Shown: positions 49,001-63,266, counted from the first letter of the stretch. The stretch is 64,000 nt of DNA from Octopus bimaculoides (GCF_001194135.2 NC_068990.1:78419356-78483355), one strand, 5' to 3'. Numbers and translations: made by a program. The notes: generated by a model not told the origin, from the letters alone.

Positions 49001-50305
49001 ATAGTATGGGGGAAGTACTGTAACAGCGTGTCACAGCATCCACCATTTGTTGGGGATTTCCTACTACTCTTGGTGGATGATGCCTCTACATCACACAAGC
49101 AACACAAACCCTCCAACTCATGGGTTTGTGTTTGAGTAGCTGTTACTGGTGATGAATTTATGAAGTTGGAGTGCAAATCCTACTTCAAACTCTTTTGGTT
49201 GCCTTTTATGACACACAGAGAACACTTTGGGTCTATTCTTCGACACATTGCTCCCCAGTACACAATCTGATGACTAGTTTTTATTATAAAATGTAATTGA
49301 GCAGTTTATTCTTTCATCTGTTAGCCTTTTTTTATATTAATGAATCGAGATGAATGTGCAAGGAAAATGTGAATATTTTCTTGGAATACCTACAGGTTTG
49401 TGGTCTACACACACACACACACACACACACATACACACACACACATACACACAACTGATGTAGAATGTTGTGAAATGTCATGTTCAAACCACTTAAAATG
49501 TATTTTGCTTCGTAACTGCTTAGTTCTAAGAAAGAGTGCATATGATTACACTTTCAAAGAACGACAGATTGTTTGTTATATATTTAACAAACAGCAAAAG
49601 CATGGCTTTTAACTTCACACAGACTCTCATAGCCCACTTTACTCATTTAAACTTTTTTCATGGATGTAATATATTACACTGTTTACTTCTCTTGTGAATG
49701 TAGCAGAAATGGCAGTGGAAACATGCAATCTTCAAATAATTGCCCAGGTTGTTAAATATTTTCCTGCAAATGGGATTAAATCCTATCTGTTTTTTTTAAA
49801 ATTTTCTCTGGTATATTCACTACATGAAGAGCTGGAGGGTTCTAAGATATTCATACGTATCCAGATGAAAAAATTTGTGAAGTAGCTTTCATGGTTGGAT
49901 ATCCGACCTAATCCTAGTGTACTACCCAATGCCTATTTCTTCTTTTATTACTAACTATGTGCTACAGTGCAGAGTTAAAGAATGTGCTAGAAACATGAAG
50001 GATAACAACACCTCAGCCACTTACAGTGAGTTTGGTATTTTAACATTCCACCCAGCACAACTCTCACAATCTAACCTTTTGTGAAATTATTATAAATCCA
50101 TGGCATAAACCAACACAGATGTCACCAGCAAAATCTACAGTGCAGTTCTTAAGCTGCTCATGACTTTCTCTCTCTTAACACTATATATATATATGTATGA
50201 GAGAGAGAGTGAGATGTATAGCTGTGTGGTAAGAAGCTTGCTTCCCAACCATATGGTTCTGGGTTCAGTCCCATTGTGTGGCACATTGGGAAAGTGTCTT
50301 CTACT

Positions 50306-50447
50306 CACTAGCATAGCTAGGGGGTAGGGGAGGATGGTAGGGGCAGTACTTTTGGGTCAGCTGTAGGCAATATGTTTTTTTTGTGGGGTCTGGGGGTGGC
50401 AAATGGAAGGGCCACCCTGGGTGGTACACACTCTAGCTACGCTAGTG
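50306..50447. mobile_element. hAT-type MITE nested in a family C SINE
   Basis: 15-bp TIRs CACTAGC(A/G)TAGCTAG (14/15 match) and a perfect 8-bp TSD CTTCTACT (50298-50305, 50448-50455). Confidence 0.88.
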
Positions 50448-51539
50448 CTTCTACTATAGCCTTGGGCTGACCAAAGCCTTGTCAGTGAATTTGGTCGACA
50501 GAAACCTGAAAGAAGTCCATTGTGTATATATGTATATATCTATCTGTGTGTTTATGTTTGTCCCCTCATCATTGATTGACAACCAGTGTTGGTGTGTTTA
50601 TGTCCCTGTAACTTAACAGTTCAGCAAAAGAGATAAAATAAGTACTAGGCTTTAAAAATAAGTCCTGGGGTTGATATGTTCAGCTAAAATCCTTCAAGGC
50701 AGTGCTCCAGCATGGCCACAGTCAAATGACTGAAACAAATAAACACACACACACACCAAATCTATATTTTTACTCTTGAAATGGACGCAATCCATCAAAA
50801 GTTATTGATGTTCAGATTTCCCACTGAATCATTGCATATTCAAACCTAAGTTATGTTTTTAATCAAACAATAAAATCAGCCTTAACCTTAAAAGGAGTTC
50901 ATAACACTGTGATATTGTCAGCATCATATTAAATGTTAATGTCTGCATATACAACAATGGTGGGTCAAATAAAGTATTTATTCTCAAAAGCATTTACTGT
51001 TAATCAATACTAATCATATTTATACAAATTAATCAAGGTCTAAATGGAGAAGAAATCTGTTTAACCTTTTCTATTCAGCTAAGCGAGCATTTTCCCATCC
51101 ACCTGTACTCTCATCATAGCCTCAATACTCCAACCAAAATGTCTGCACACCAATATGTCTGTCTAAATTCCATTGCCATTCTTCCCTTATTCTATGAATC
51201 AATTAGTAAGTCTATTGATAAACCCAGGTCTGTGTATTCAGCTGTCCAACTTAAGTATCCAACTGCATTCCTACATAACACAACAGCCATTTCCAGTATC
51301 CATTCAACTATCTGTCACCACCCTACACATTCCAAAATCAGTTTGACTCCTCCCTGTCTCATGGCTCCAAATCATACATTGTAACTTCCTCATAAATATA
51401 AATTCAACAGAATATTTTCTTGGAAGCATTCTTAAAACAAATCTCCACAAATAGCAACATCAACAAATGGTCTCAAGTGTGAGGGCCTCCTTAGACCTAT
51501 CTGTTTTTGTGAGTATGCATGTATATATGAAAAAGTTTA

Positions 51540-53524
51540 AATTTAAAGGATATGAAGACAGGGAAAAACCCCAGCCCATCAGGAATCACCGCTGAGATGC
51601 TTAAAATATCTGGTCATGTGGGTTAACGTTTGGTCACCCATATTGTAAATCAGGTGGTTCACAAAGGAGTCATACCTAGTGACTGGCATAGCAGCACCAT
51701 AGTCATCTGCTACAAAGGTAAGGGTGATGCCTTAGATAGAAATAATTACAGAGGTATCAAATTATTGGATCAGGTGATGAAAATTATGGAGAAGGTCCAA
51801 CTAATTATGGAGAAGTTAGTCTAAATGAGATGCAGATTGGTTTTGTGCCAGGGAGAGGCATCACTGATGCTATATTTCTGATAAGGCAGCTACAAGAGAA
51901 ATACATAGCCAAAGATAAACCTTTGTACTTGGCTTTTGTTGACATGGAGAAAGCCTTTGACAGGGTCCCTTATCCCTTATCTGGTGGTCAATGTGGAAAC
52001 TAGGGATAGATGAGTGGTTCGTGAAAGCTGTACAAGCCATGTAGAGGGACACTATCAGTAAGGTGAGGATTGGCAATGAGTACAGCAAAGAATTCAGGGG
52101 CTCACCAACCCCCTCAACCGCCATCTTGTTCATCATAATCCTCCAGGCAATAACAGAGGAATTTAAGATGGGTTGCCCCTGGGAGCTCCTCTATGCTGAT
52201 GACCTTGTTCTTCTAACTGAATCACTACAAGAACTAGAGAGGTTTCAGGGTATGGAATCAAGGTCTAGTATGAAAGGGCTTTAAAGTTAACCTAGCAAAA
52301 ACCAAAGTCTTAGTGACTAGGAAGGCAGACAAATCACAAATCCCTTCAGGTAGATGGCCTTGCTCAATCTGTAAAAAAGGCATAGGTAGAAACTCCATAA
52401 GATGTACCCAGTGTAAGCATTGAACACAAGAGGTGCAGCAATATCAGAGGAATATTAACAGGGAAAATAGCTTTTGTGTGTGGAAGAGGCAAAAGTAAAA
52501 TAAACACTAAAAATGTACAGAAAAGAGATTCTATCAACTGCCAGTAGGGTAGGCTAGAGGTAGTAAATAGATTCTGTTATCTAGGTGACCAAGTTAGTAG
52601 TGAAGGTGGATCTCCAAGAGCATAGCTGTGAGAATAAGATTAGACTGGGTAAAGTTCAGAGAGCTCCTATCTCTGCTGGCAACAAAAAGCTTCTCTCTCA
52701 GAGTGAAAGGCAGATTATATGATGCCTGTGTGCGAACAGCCATGCTACATGTCTGTGAAACATGGGCTGTGACAGTTGAGGACATGTTTAAAAGAAATGA
52801 AGCTAGTATGCTTCGCTGAATGTGCATGTTTGACAGAGAGTAAGCATAAGAGGCATTAGATGTGGTGTGCAAGAGAGATGACTGTACTGGTATGGTCATG
52901 TGATGCATATGGATGAGGACAGCTGTGTAAAGAAGTGCCAACCTCTAACTGTGTAAGGAACCTGTGGTAGAGGTAGACCCAAGAACACATGGGATGAGGT
53001 GGTGAAGCATGATTTTCGAACTTTGGGCCTCGCAGAGGCAATGACTTACGACTAAGACCTGTGGCAATATGCTGTGCTTAAGAAGACCCATCAAGCTAAA
53101 TGAAACTGTCGTCATGGCTGATGCTGCTGTCATGTAACTGGCCCCTGTGCCAGTGACATGTAAAAAAACATCTTTTGAGTGTTGGGCTTCATGGAGGCAA
53201 AGTGGCTGAGCTCCTATCAAGTGTTGGGCCTCACGGAGGCCATGACCGAGACCTTTGGCATTATGTCGCATTTAAGAAGAAGACCAATAAAGCCAAGTGA
53301 AATCACAGTTGTGGCAGATACCAGTGTCACACAAATGGCATCTGTGCTGGTGGAACGTAAATGCACCCATTACTCTCTTGGAGTGGTTGGTGTTAGGAAG
53401 GGCATCCAGTCATAGAAAACCATGCCAAATCAGACTGGAGTCTAGTACAGCCTTCCAGCGTGCCAGCCCTGGTCAAACTGTCCAACCCATGGACAATGGA
53501 CACTAAATGATGATGAAGATGATG
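51540..53524 (+). mobile_element. 5'-truncated RTE-clade LINE (RT, PHD-like finger, 3'UTR, (GAT)n tail)
   Basis: YKGKGDALDRNNYRGIKLL, GFVPGRG.TDAIF, FVD.EKAFDRVP, LLYADDLVL, YLGD, KGRLYDACVR, HGSETW-like, WYGHV, GRGRPK.TW. Multiple stops and frameshifts. Confidence 0.93.
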
Positions 53525-56337
53525 AGTGTGCTTATATATGTACATGTATATATGAGTGTACATGCACGTATATACACAAGTGTGTGCATATGTGTTGACA
53601 TATAACATAAAATATTTTTAGGATAAAATCATTATCTGTATTCCTTTTTGGAAGATGGTAGAGTTTGAGAGAGATTTGATTGGGTGGTCTCATTCAGGCA
53701 CATCAATGGTTTGTTAGTTTTCATAAAAAATGTTTTCAGTTCAATCATACTCTTCACACATTGCAGTTTACCTGTATGATATGTTATTTGTTTCAATAAT
53801 ATTATTGTCATCATACGGCCTGAGAGCTGTTCTTTCTTCTCAGGTTAGTAGGAATATTGATAGCAGCTACTAATCCCCTCAACAAAGAACTGAAATAGTT
53901 ATCTTCTTGAAAGCTGAATAAGCATCTCTTCAAGGGTTGCATAGAGGACCCACCTCTTCTTTAGAAGTCATATTTTAAGCCCAAACTTCTAAATTTTCCA
54001 GTATAGGGTTCTGGTAAGTGCATGTGTAAATGCAGCGTGTTATATAATAATATAACATGCTACACACATCATATAGCCCTGTGTGCAGTTGTTATATAAT
54101 GGGTGTGTTTATGTAATCAGCATAAACTGAATAGATTTAGGAGTCTCGCTAACTTAGCACCTTTACAAGTTATGGAATGTATTTCCTGCAGTATGACCCC
54201 CATTATTCAAGCTGACCTAAAAATTCTTGTCTTTTTGGGAGTGGAACAATAGTAAATATCTTGCCAGATGAGTTAGGTATTTGTTTATTTGTTTTGTTCT
54301 CTTTTTCCTTTGGCAGCAGTGATGATGGCCGAAATCAAATAAGAAGCTGCATTCATCTATTGTTTGTGAAGTGAGAAGCTATGACACTTGATGGAAGTGA
54401 TGAAAAACCTAGACACTAATGATATAATGTTAAAAGGAAAGAGCAATGCTAGATTGAAAAGATGAGGAGTCTAAATAGTTGATGGAAAATATTGGAGTAG
54501 GGCAGAAAATTTAGAAGAAAAAAACCAACTAAATATAAGAAACCTCATGGAATAGAAAACATGGGTTGGAGGGTGCCTCATAAGTAAATGCAGCAATTGT
54601 AGAACTTAGCAAGAAACTTCCAATCCTGTATAAGACAAGAGAGAGGAGAAGGTTCTAGGCAGGCCATCTATCTAGGATGTTATATCAGACAAATCTGAAT
54701 GCTTTGCTAGTGTTCATCATCATCATCATCATCATCGTTTAACATCCGCTTTCCATGCTAGCATGGGTTGGACGATTTGGTAACTAAGTTGACAAGCATG
54801 AAAGACCACTGCTACGTGATATAAGAAAGTAAGTCTAGTTGACCTAAAACTACAGAAATCGTTTCTGAGGTAAAACTGCAACCCAAGGTAATGAAGGTGG
54901 TGTGCTTGGTTACAACTAACTGCCTCCATCAACTCTGAAGTGTTAGAAATGAGTGTCATAGTTTGGCAGCTGGTATGGTCAGAGAAGTTACTCTTATTGG
55001 GTACTGAACATATAATGTCTTCTTAACTGAGAGAGAGAGAGGGGGAGAGGGAGAGAGAGAGAGTTTGCTGAGCTCACCTGCAAAGCATGCAACTTGGGGA
55101 CCTCAGAAATTTAGCCTTGCAAACAGTATATGATTGTGGGTTGTGGAATATAGATGGAAATGGTCACACCCTTAGCTGTTTCAAATGAATCAGGTGAAAT
55201 ATATGTTGACAGGAGAAATCAGCTTAGTTTTATAGAAAACTGTGAAGTGTATTATCTTGATTGCCAGATGACCTGTTGAGGAAAAGAGTGACAGTGGACT
55301 AAAGGCTCAGTTCTGGTGGCATGAAAAATGTCTAGAATTTGGGGAGAATTTGTATGTTGGCCAAAAATAGAGATGATGGACCAAATCTCAAATTGTTTTT
55401 ATGCAAAATGTAGCCAGGGACCAGTTCTCTTCAAATATGTTAAGAGTTTTCAATTTGGTTAAGAACTGAATAAGTAACAAGCTCTGAAAAATGCTGCATG
55501 TGAGTAAATTGCAGCCTTAAGAGAATATTATTCAACTGCTACCGTAGTTGAATGATAGCATAATGTACAAGAAACACGATTAATTGTGTCACTCTTCAAA
55601 TAACCTGTTTGCAGAAGGAGTTTAAAAATGTTACCTTTAGTTACCCTTAGTATAGCTTAAGAAAAAATGCTTTAAAAAGTAGTACAGTGATATGAGATGA
55701 AGAGAGGAGGTGGGAGGCGAAGGTGGAGGGGTGATAGGGAAGAAGGAGGTGGTGGTGGTCATCATCATCATCTTGGGCTAACTTCAAATGTCACTACCAA
55801 CACTAGTGATTACCCATTACAGTTTAACTTGGTAATAATAGCAGCAGCAGATTCTTTTCTCTCCTCCTTGTAGGTCAACCTACTTACACAATATATTCAT
55901 TTATGATTGGAGAGCTGAAGTCACACCAAATAAAGGGTTTGGCTCTTCTGCATGCATGAGTGCATATGCTGGTGTGTGTGTGTGTATGTGTGAGAGAGAG
56001 AGAGAGAGAGAGAGAAAGAAAGAGAGTGCATACAAACATGAGAATGTGTACTTAAGTAAATGTGTGTATAAGTGCAAGTTTGTATGAGAATGTATCTATA
56101 CTCAAATGTATATGTTAAATTGAACATGACAGAAGGGCACAACAGATATTTTGAAAGCCAGTCATATAGTGAGGGGTAGATTGCAGGAGCCCCAACTACA
56201 GTCATTTGTCCTGAAAATGAATCCTTTTGCAATAATAATGCATTATGCTTGGATGCCCTTCATGTTGCAAATCACCTTTTCAACATTCAGAGATACTGTG
56301 TACCAAGAGATATAAAGATCATGCCTACAACAAACGT

Positions 56338-56940
56338 CATATCACTCTTGCACACCACATCTGATGTTTCTTGTGTCCAACTTTTCTCTCAGGATGCTTA
56401 CACTCTGTCGTGTATGCACACTGACATTACACATCCAGCAGAGCATACTACTTTCATTTCTTACAAGCCTATGCATGTCCACAGCAGTCACAGCCCATGT
56501 TTCACTGCCATGTAGTATGGCTGTTCGCACACAGGCATCATACAGTCTACCTTTCACTCTGAGTGAGAGTCCCTTTGTTACCAGCAGAGGTAGGAACACT
56601 CTGCACTTTGCCCAGCCTATTCTTATTCTAGCAGCTACGCTCTCAGAGCATCCACCCCAGCTACAGACTTGGTCACCTAGGTAACAGGAGTTATCAACTA
56701 CTTCCGGTTTCACCCCCCTAGCATGTGATGGAATCTATTTTCTATACATTTTCGGTGTTTATTGTAACTGTGCACCTTCCATACACAAAAACTATCTTCC
56801 CTGTTAACCTTCCTCTTATATTGCTGCACCACTTATGTGTCCATAGCTTACACCGGGTACATCATATGGAGTTTCTGCCTACATCTTTTCTACAGATCAA
56901 GTAGAGCCATCTACCTGAAGGGGTTTGTGATTTGTCAGCC
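56338..56940 (-). mobile_element. RTE LINE internal fragment, same family as 51540-53524 but inverted
   Basis: ORF 56342..56713: YLGDQV...RIRIGWAK...KGRLYDACVRTAILHGSETWAV. Confidence 0.92.
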
Positions 56941-57975
56941 TGTTAAGTTGTCTGTTGTATTTATATATACAAACCTACTCACAAATATACATACATGCTA
57001 CTAATACATGTGCAGCCACATATACAAACAAACACATGCATGTTTGCACAGTCAATATTATTTTAAAGGAAGTTTAAGAAGTAAACATTGACTGATAAAG
57101 TGCGGGCAGAGAACACAATACCGGAAACAGTAAAATTTATAAAATACATTTGAGAGGGATTTTAAGTCTCACCTGATACTTAAAGTATCTTATCCCATAT
57201 TAAACCAGACTGGTTGGATAAGCTTATCAGCCATCACACACACATCTACTTGTATGTGTGTAGCAATAACACATAAGTGTCTACATGGATATGGAGTTTT
57301 ACATGTGGGTTCATATCCAATGTTAGCTATGCACAAGTATTGTATTCAGAGATGTGTGATTGTTGTGAAAAATAGAGGAGGAGAATTCTTAGAGTGGAAA
57401 ACAAAAAGATTTTCAATTTCATGCAGCAACTGGAATTTGTTTATAGAATGTCATTATCATCATCATTTAATGTCCGTTGTCCATGCAGGTATGGGTTGGA
57501 TGGTTTGACTGGGTTGGCACACTGGAAGGCTGCACCAGGCTGAAGTCTGCTTTGGCATGGTTTTCTACGGCTGGATGCTCTTCCTAATATCAGCCACTCT
57601 GAGAATGTAAGCGGTGCTTTTACGTGCCACCAGCACAGGTAAGTAATAAGGATATTTCTCACATAGACAAAAAAACCTTCATTAAAGACATAATGCTATT
57701 TATTTTGAATAATACTTTGATAGATATTCTTGATTTGTGATAGTCTTCAGGTGATAAAATTAGTTAGGCCAGGAATTTTCCATTTTAGGTCGATAGTTTC
57801 AACCAGTGATCTGATGATGTCCTACAAGACATTTAAGTGTTAGACTTACACATTTGTCTTTTTTGTTTTGTAAAATGTTTGGTCCATGTAGACAATTCAT
57901 TTTTTTCTTTTTTTTTTGTCCTTTCTACAGTGAATTTATACAAATGCTAGTGTCTGATTAATATTCCCTGCACTT

Positions 57976-58147
57976 AAGGTGGCGAGCTGGCAGAAACGTT
58001 AGCATGCCAGGCAAAATGGTTAGCAGTATTTCGTCTGTCTTTACGTTCTGAGTTCAAATTCCGCCGAGGTCAACTTTACCTGGGGTCGATCTAATTGACT
58101 GGCCCCACTCCTCCAAAATTTCGGGCCTTGTGCCTAGAGTACAAAAG
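57976..58147 (+). mobile_element. SINE family A copy with a 16-bp target-site duplication
   Basis: AATATTCCCTGCACTT at 57960-57975 and at 58148-58163. Confidence 0.92.
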
Positions 58148-58590
58148 AATATTCCCTGCACTTGTCTTCAGGTGATATTCCTGAGTTTGTTGAAGAATTG
58201 ATCTTCTAGATCAATAGGATTAGTGGCTAGACCAGTAAACCCTAACCTAGCTCAGTCAAGAAAGGAAGCTGATCAAACAATAGAGTCAAAGTGAGGAAAT
58301 TTGTGCAAAACAAAAAAAAAATGTTACAAAATAGTGATTTATTATTGAGTCAAATCTTTCTGAAATGTATTGTTGATTGAATAAACAAGTATACTATTAG
58401 TCTAATAAAGGTAGAAGGCCAAGTGGGTAGGTAATTGGGTTCTCAATCATAAGGTTGAGGGTTGAATTCCTGGTATGTGAAGATACTTAACTTCACATTA
58501 CTCCAAGCCACTCTGAGTATTAAAAGTAATAGAGCCCCCAGTCAGCTTCACGTTACTGTGGTGGTGTTAATGAGAGAGAGAGAGAGGGGG

Positions 58591-58630
<40 letters not shown>

Positions 58631-59265
58631 AGGAGGAAAGAACAGTTCCAAGAGTTAGGATTCTGGAAATGAAGTGAATGCCAAAGTATCTCGTATAATG
58701 AAGTTTGGTGTTAAAACACACTAAAAGGGATAAGAGAAGAGAAAAGCTGAGTGGAATCGTTTGTATTTATGTGGGACCAGGATCAAGTTAACAAATCTAG
58801 ATTTCAGAACATTAGAATGAGTAAAAGAGAGGATATTTACAAAATAGTCAAAAGGGATGGTTAAGAAAAGAAAGTATTTTCTATGGAATTTAACTCTGTA
58901 AAGAATTGATTTGTCAGAGTGATCAACAGTGTTGTGGATGGGGGTTGGGGGCAAAATGTGAGAGGAAGAAGAGTAAGAATTATAAGAAATGGCTTTTCAT
59001 AATAGTAACAGCAGAACAGAAAGAGGGAGCTTGATATTGGGACAAAGTGTAAGAAAGCTTTGGAAGTAAAAGAAAAAAATTAGTGAGGTAATTATGAATA
59101 CAAAATCAAGTAAAACAATTTTAGAAGAATTGGTAATCGTATTTCAAGACAGAACATAAAAGCTAATATCAATGATGATGATTATAAGGGAGACAAGGAA
59201 GAAGGAAAAAAAAATTCCTCATCTTTGATATTGCTGTGAAAAGAAATACAGATATATGAACTCAC

Positions 59266-59397
59266 ATCAATCTCGAAATATTCTTCGGTATCATCCAGAA
59301 AGTGTACCAAACAGGTGATTGTTTTCAGCTGCCGATCATGGGCCATTTCGGATGCCCGCACATTGTAACTGCCGCTGGACACCAGCTTAATGGACAT
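59266..59397 (-). CDS. PTPN4: PTPN4-like coding exon 1 (44 aa, MSIK...FEID)
   Basis: Acceptor ttccAG; the exon starts at 59408 with 11 nt of 5'UTR, so a non-coding exon lies further upstream. ATG at 59397, donor GTGAG, phase 0. Confidence 0.9.
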
Positions 59398-59714
59398 TGC
59401 TTGCAACGCTGGAAGATATACAAAAATAGTTTTGTATTATCATTTACATACAAAAAACAAAAAGAAGGAAATCATTATTATTATTATTCTCTTCAGGGAG
59501 TTGGTTAAAAATGGCCATCAGGAAAATCTAACCAGATCTCTTTAAAGCCTTATTACTATTCTAATATCAAATGTGAAGCATCATTGTTTCAAGTTCAAAT
59601 TCTATCAAGGATAGTTTTTACCTTTCATCTCTTCAAGTTTCAGAAATTACCTGTAAATTATTGGAAATTATCTACTTTGGTTCTGTTCCTTTTATCAAGT
59701 AAAAGGGCTTAAGA

Positions 59715-59883
59715 CATTGCTCTGCAACTGGTGTGCCACGAGATGATGCTATGTGTGCCACAGTGTAACCTGAATACAATTTTTCCCTATACTTTTATAG
59801 TTATATTTTTAGTTCAGGTGTGCCACTGAATTTTGGAAAAGAATATAAGTGTACCGCAAATGGAAAAAGATTGCAGAGCACTG
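59715..59883. mobile_element. Probable hAT (Buster/Charlie-like) MITE
   Basis: TIRs CA(T/G)TGCTCTGCAA (12/13 match). The 8-bp flanks GCTTAAGA / CCCTATGG share a central TA but match at only 4/8. Confidence 0.5.
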
Positions 59884-62800
59884 CCCTATGGCTTAGTTCC
59901 ATGAATTTAATAAAAAAAATAGGATAGAGGTGAATTCCAATTGTTAAACAACCAAATTAAGGTTCAACAGTGCTGTGATTATCCTTCTTGAATTCAAAAT
60001 AAATGCAGCAATATAATGAAGTCAATTAAATATGAAATAAATCTTCATCATCATCAACATTATTGTCAGCATCATTTCATGTTCGTCTTTCCATGCTAGC
60101 GTGGGTTAGATGGTCTGACAAGATCCAGTAGTGAGCCACAGGGTTGCATCAAACTCCAATATCAGCTTTAACATGGTTTCTATGGCTGGATGCCCTTCCT
60201 AATGCCAACCACTTTATAGTCTAGTCTGGGTGATTCTTCTTTCTTTTCATGCCACCAGCACTGGTGAGGTTGCCATGTAATTTGAAAGACAAAAAAAAGA
60301 ATATCCCCACTAGCACCACCACCCAGTGGGGAGTGGCTGGCTTTATGACAAGTGTCAGGAGATTAAAATATGATTGAAGGCAAACAAAATGGTCAAATAC
60401 CAAGTCAAAAAGAAGTTCTAATTGGTAAGCATCATGGTAAATAAGTTATACAGAAACTATTAATGTTATTCAATTATCAAACTGAATTGGTTTCACTCAT
60501 GTTATTCATCAAGAGTTATGAATGACAATACAGATAACAAATTCTTATTTGCCCTCCTTCATGAACCTGCTTCATGTTTAACCCATGAATGGATAGCATT
60601 CAGAAAAATCCCTCTTACTTGTTTCCTACATGTGTATAGTTGGTTTGTTTGTATGCAGCACCAGTTTAGAGGCAGACTATACCAAAAATAAGCTCAATAG
60701 GTAGTTTACTTAACTTGCAATAGTAATTTTTCCTGCGTTCATTTCTCTGGACGCTATGCATTAATCACTATGTTTTTGCCATTTCATTTAAACATCAATA
60801 GAAAGATATGTGACCTAATTACTTTTGATGAGGATAAATGAGAAAAAAAATGTTATTTAGAAAATGATGCTATGCAATCTATTTAGCTAGAATAAAATGT
60901 GTGTGCATACACACATATATAAATAGACATGTATGCATGCACAAGCACACACACTACTGCAGGGACAACAATGGTGACATTAGTCATTGACAACAATCCT
61001 CCTCCTCCACAAGTGATAAAGTACATTGACAATGAGGACACTTTTAACAGTCAGCCTTTACCTTGGGCCAGAGGTAATAGAACTTAAACAGCTACTACTA
61101 CTACTACTACTAATACTAATAATAATAATACTAATACTACTAATAATAATAATACCAATACCACAACAGAAAAAGAATGAATGCTGATACTACAACCCCC
61201 CACCCCATCTTCCTGTTTGATGACTTTCAGTCATCTGCTGATGCATTCAAGAAAAGAAGTAGAAATACTTCCTTTGTATTGTCCTCTATCTCTTAGACAC
61301 ATGTTACAGAAGAGATGAGGTATGTTCAATCACCCCATTAATACATCAACATCAGACAAGGCTTTAAACTACAAACCTTAACAAATGACCCTTCTCTGGT
61401 TTGATAATATGACCTCTTGCACAGCACACAAGTGATAGAGTTCATTCACTTACAATCACATTTGTTACATTTCTCTCTCTTACCTTCTACCAACACAATT
61501 CTCGTACTTTCCATCACATATCTCACTTCCTCCTCAGCACTATGTCAGCCACTTCGCATCCTACATCATCTTGCTTGTCTTTTTACTACTGCTGTTTGTC
61601 CAGTAACATCCTATTCTAATGTTAACCAACTCCCTGATAATTGAAGCTCTCTACACGGTTGTTTCAACCGCTAACAATAACCAAATCTCACCCAAATATC
61701 ACACTACTGAAATAGAAGACACAGATAATAATTTTAGATATCCTTAAAAGACAGAGAAGCCATGTCTGGAATATCTGGAATATCAATGGTTTACTTGATC
61801 GGGTTTAAACTACACTTAAGAGCTTTGAGAGGTTTGCCAAACATTTATCTGAATAGCTCCAAGAACAGAGATCAGCTCACTGGAGTTAACAATTGGTAAG
61901 ATACTAAGCTTAATTAAGAGTTTTTCATTAAAAAGAAATAATTAAACCTATTACATTACAGGTTCACGTTGGTTGAGACAATTGATAGTTGTGTCTCTTT
62001 CAATTCCTGGTATTTTGTGCAGTTAATATCCAAGACCTAACAAAACTTGAAGACACAGACAAATGCTATTACAAGGAATGTGGTGGGATGAACAAATCTC
62101 CAAGAAGTCCTGTTTCAATCAGAGGCACAAAAACTGAAATTGAGGGATGGTTAGTTATCAATTAAATTGACTCTGGTGACCTCAGAGAGATAAAAGGTGA
62201 AGTTAAGCTTAGTGAGATCTGAACCCAAATCACAAAGATCTGAAAGGAATATCAGTTTCAAATTCTGGCACAAGGCCAGCAGTTTCAGGGTGGGAGTGGA
62301 TAAGTTGATTGCATTGACCCCAGTACATGACTGGTACTTAACCGCAAAAGGATGAAAGACAAAGTTGACCTTAGTGGAATTTGAACTCAGAACATAATGC
62401 TGCTAAGCATTTTATTGGCTGACAATGGTGATACTTCGATTGTGCCAATGCACCCTCTAATCTAGAATTGTTGAAAGGCAAGTAACAATGTTTCTTTTTG
62501 ACAGAAAGTAATTTGTGTGAAGAGGAGTGTAGATCAATTGAATGAGCCAATTCTGGTGTATTACAAGCACTGACTTTAGAATGGTATGAAAACAACTACT
62601 GTATAGAATTCCAACATAGAAACAACAAGCTCCACATTAAAATACTAGGAGCTTGGAGAAGAAAAATAGTAGAATGCCAATCAAATTGCTTAACTGTATC
62701 CAGTCGCATTTCAAATCCCACAGAAGCTGACACAGTCATTCATCCCCCTTGGGTCAATAAGATAATAGTCGAGTACCAGTGAACTGAGACAAATTTAATG

Positions 62801-63232
62801 GTGTGTGTACCATAGCCTAGTCAATATGCAAATATTAGAAACCATTTTTGACTCAGAAGTCATGATAAGCCAAGAGTCTGCCCAACAGTAGACAGAACAG
62901 TTCTCTACCATTTATGCCATCAGCACATGTGTGTGTGTTTGGAAAGGATAAAACAGTTTGAAGCTAAACAAAATCCAACACAGAAAGGTTTACGAAGACT
63001 ATTGAATAAAGCACATGAAAAATACAAATAGATATGCATGCTAAAGTGTGCATATCACACACCACATGCACAGTAATGCATAGATTTACACATGTGCATG
63101 TATACATAGATATGTGTGTGTATATACATGCACAAACACACACATATATATGTGTATGTGTGTATACACACACATATATATACACACACACATACATACA
63201 TACACACACGTCTATGTGTGTGTGTATGTATG

Positions 63233-63266
<34 letters not shown>

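Larger units (their letters stand above)
716..59408 (-). other. PTPN4: PTPN4/PTP-MEG-like FERM-domain protein tyrosine phosphatase gene, 5' part (11 coding exons; 3' exons lie outside the window)
   Basis: Eleven exons with GT-AG borders and matching phases splice into one stop-free frame: MSIKLVSSGSYNVRASEMAHDRQLKTITCLVHFLDDTEEYFEID...DYFGLQF...RWVDPLK...FRVKFYVSDPSKL...SELGDY...EMYGVDLH...WAKIVKISFKRKQFFIQLR...CKNLWKSCVEHHTFFRL...LGSKFRYSGKTE. The N-terminal YNVRASEMAHDRQ matches my recollection of PTPN4 (YNVRASELARDRQ), which separates it from other band-4.1 proteins. Confidence 0.92.

Noticed and set aside
49037-49132. Two adjacent hairpins (9-bp and 11-bp stems)
   Set aside because: Short stems with no family, TSD or ncRNA signature; within chance expectation for 64 kb.
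57811-57837. CTGATGA plus a TGTC/GACA stem
   Set aside because: Followed by TTTAAG instead of GAAA, so the core is incomplete.
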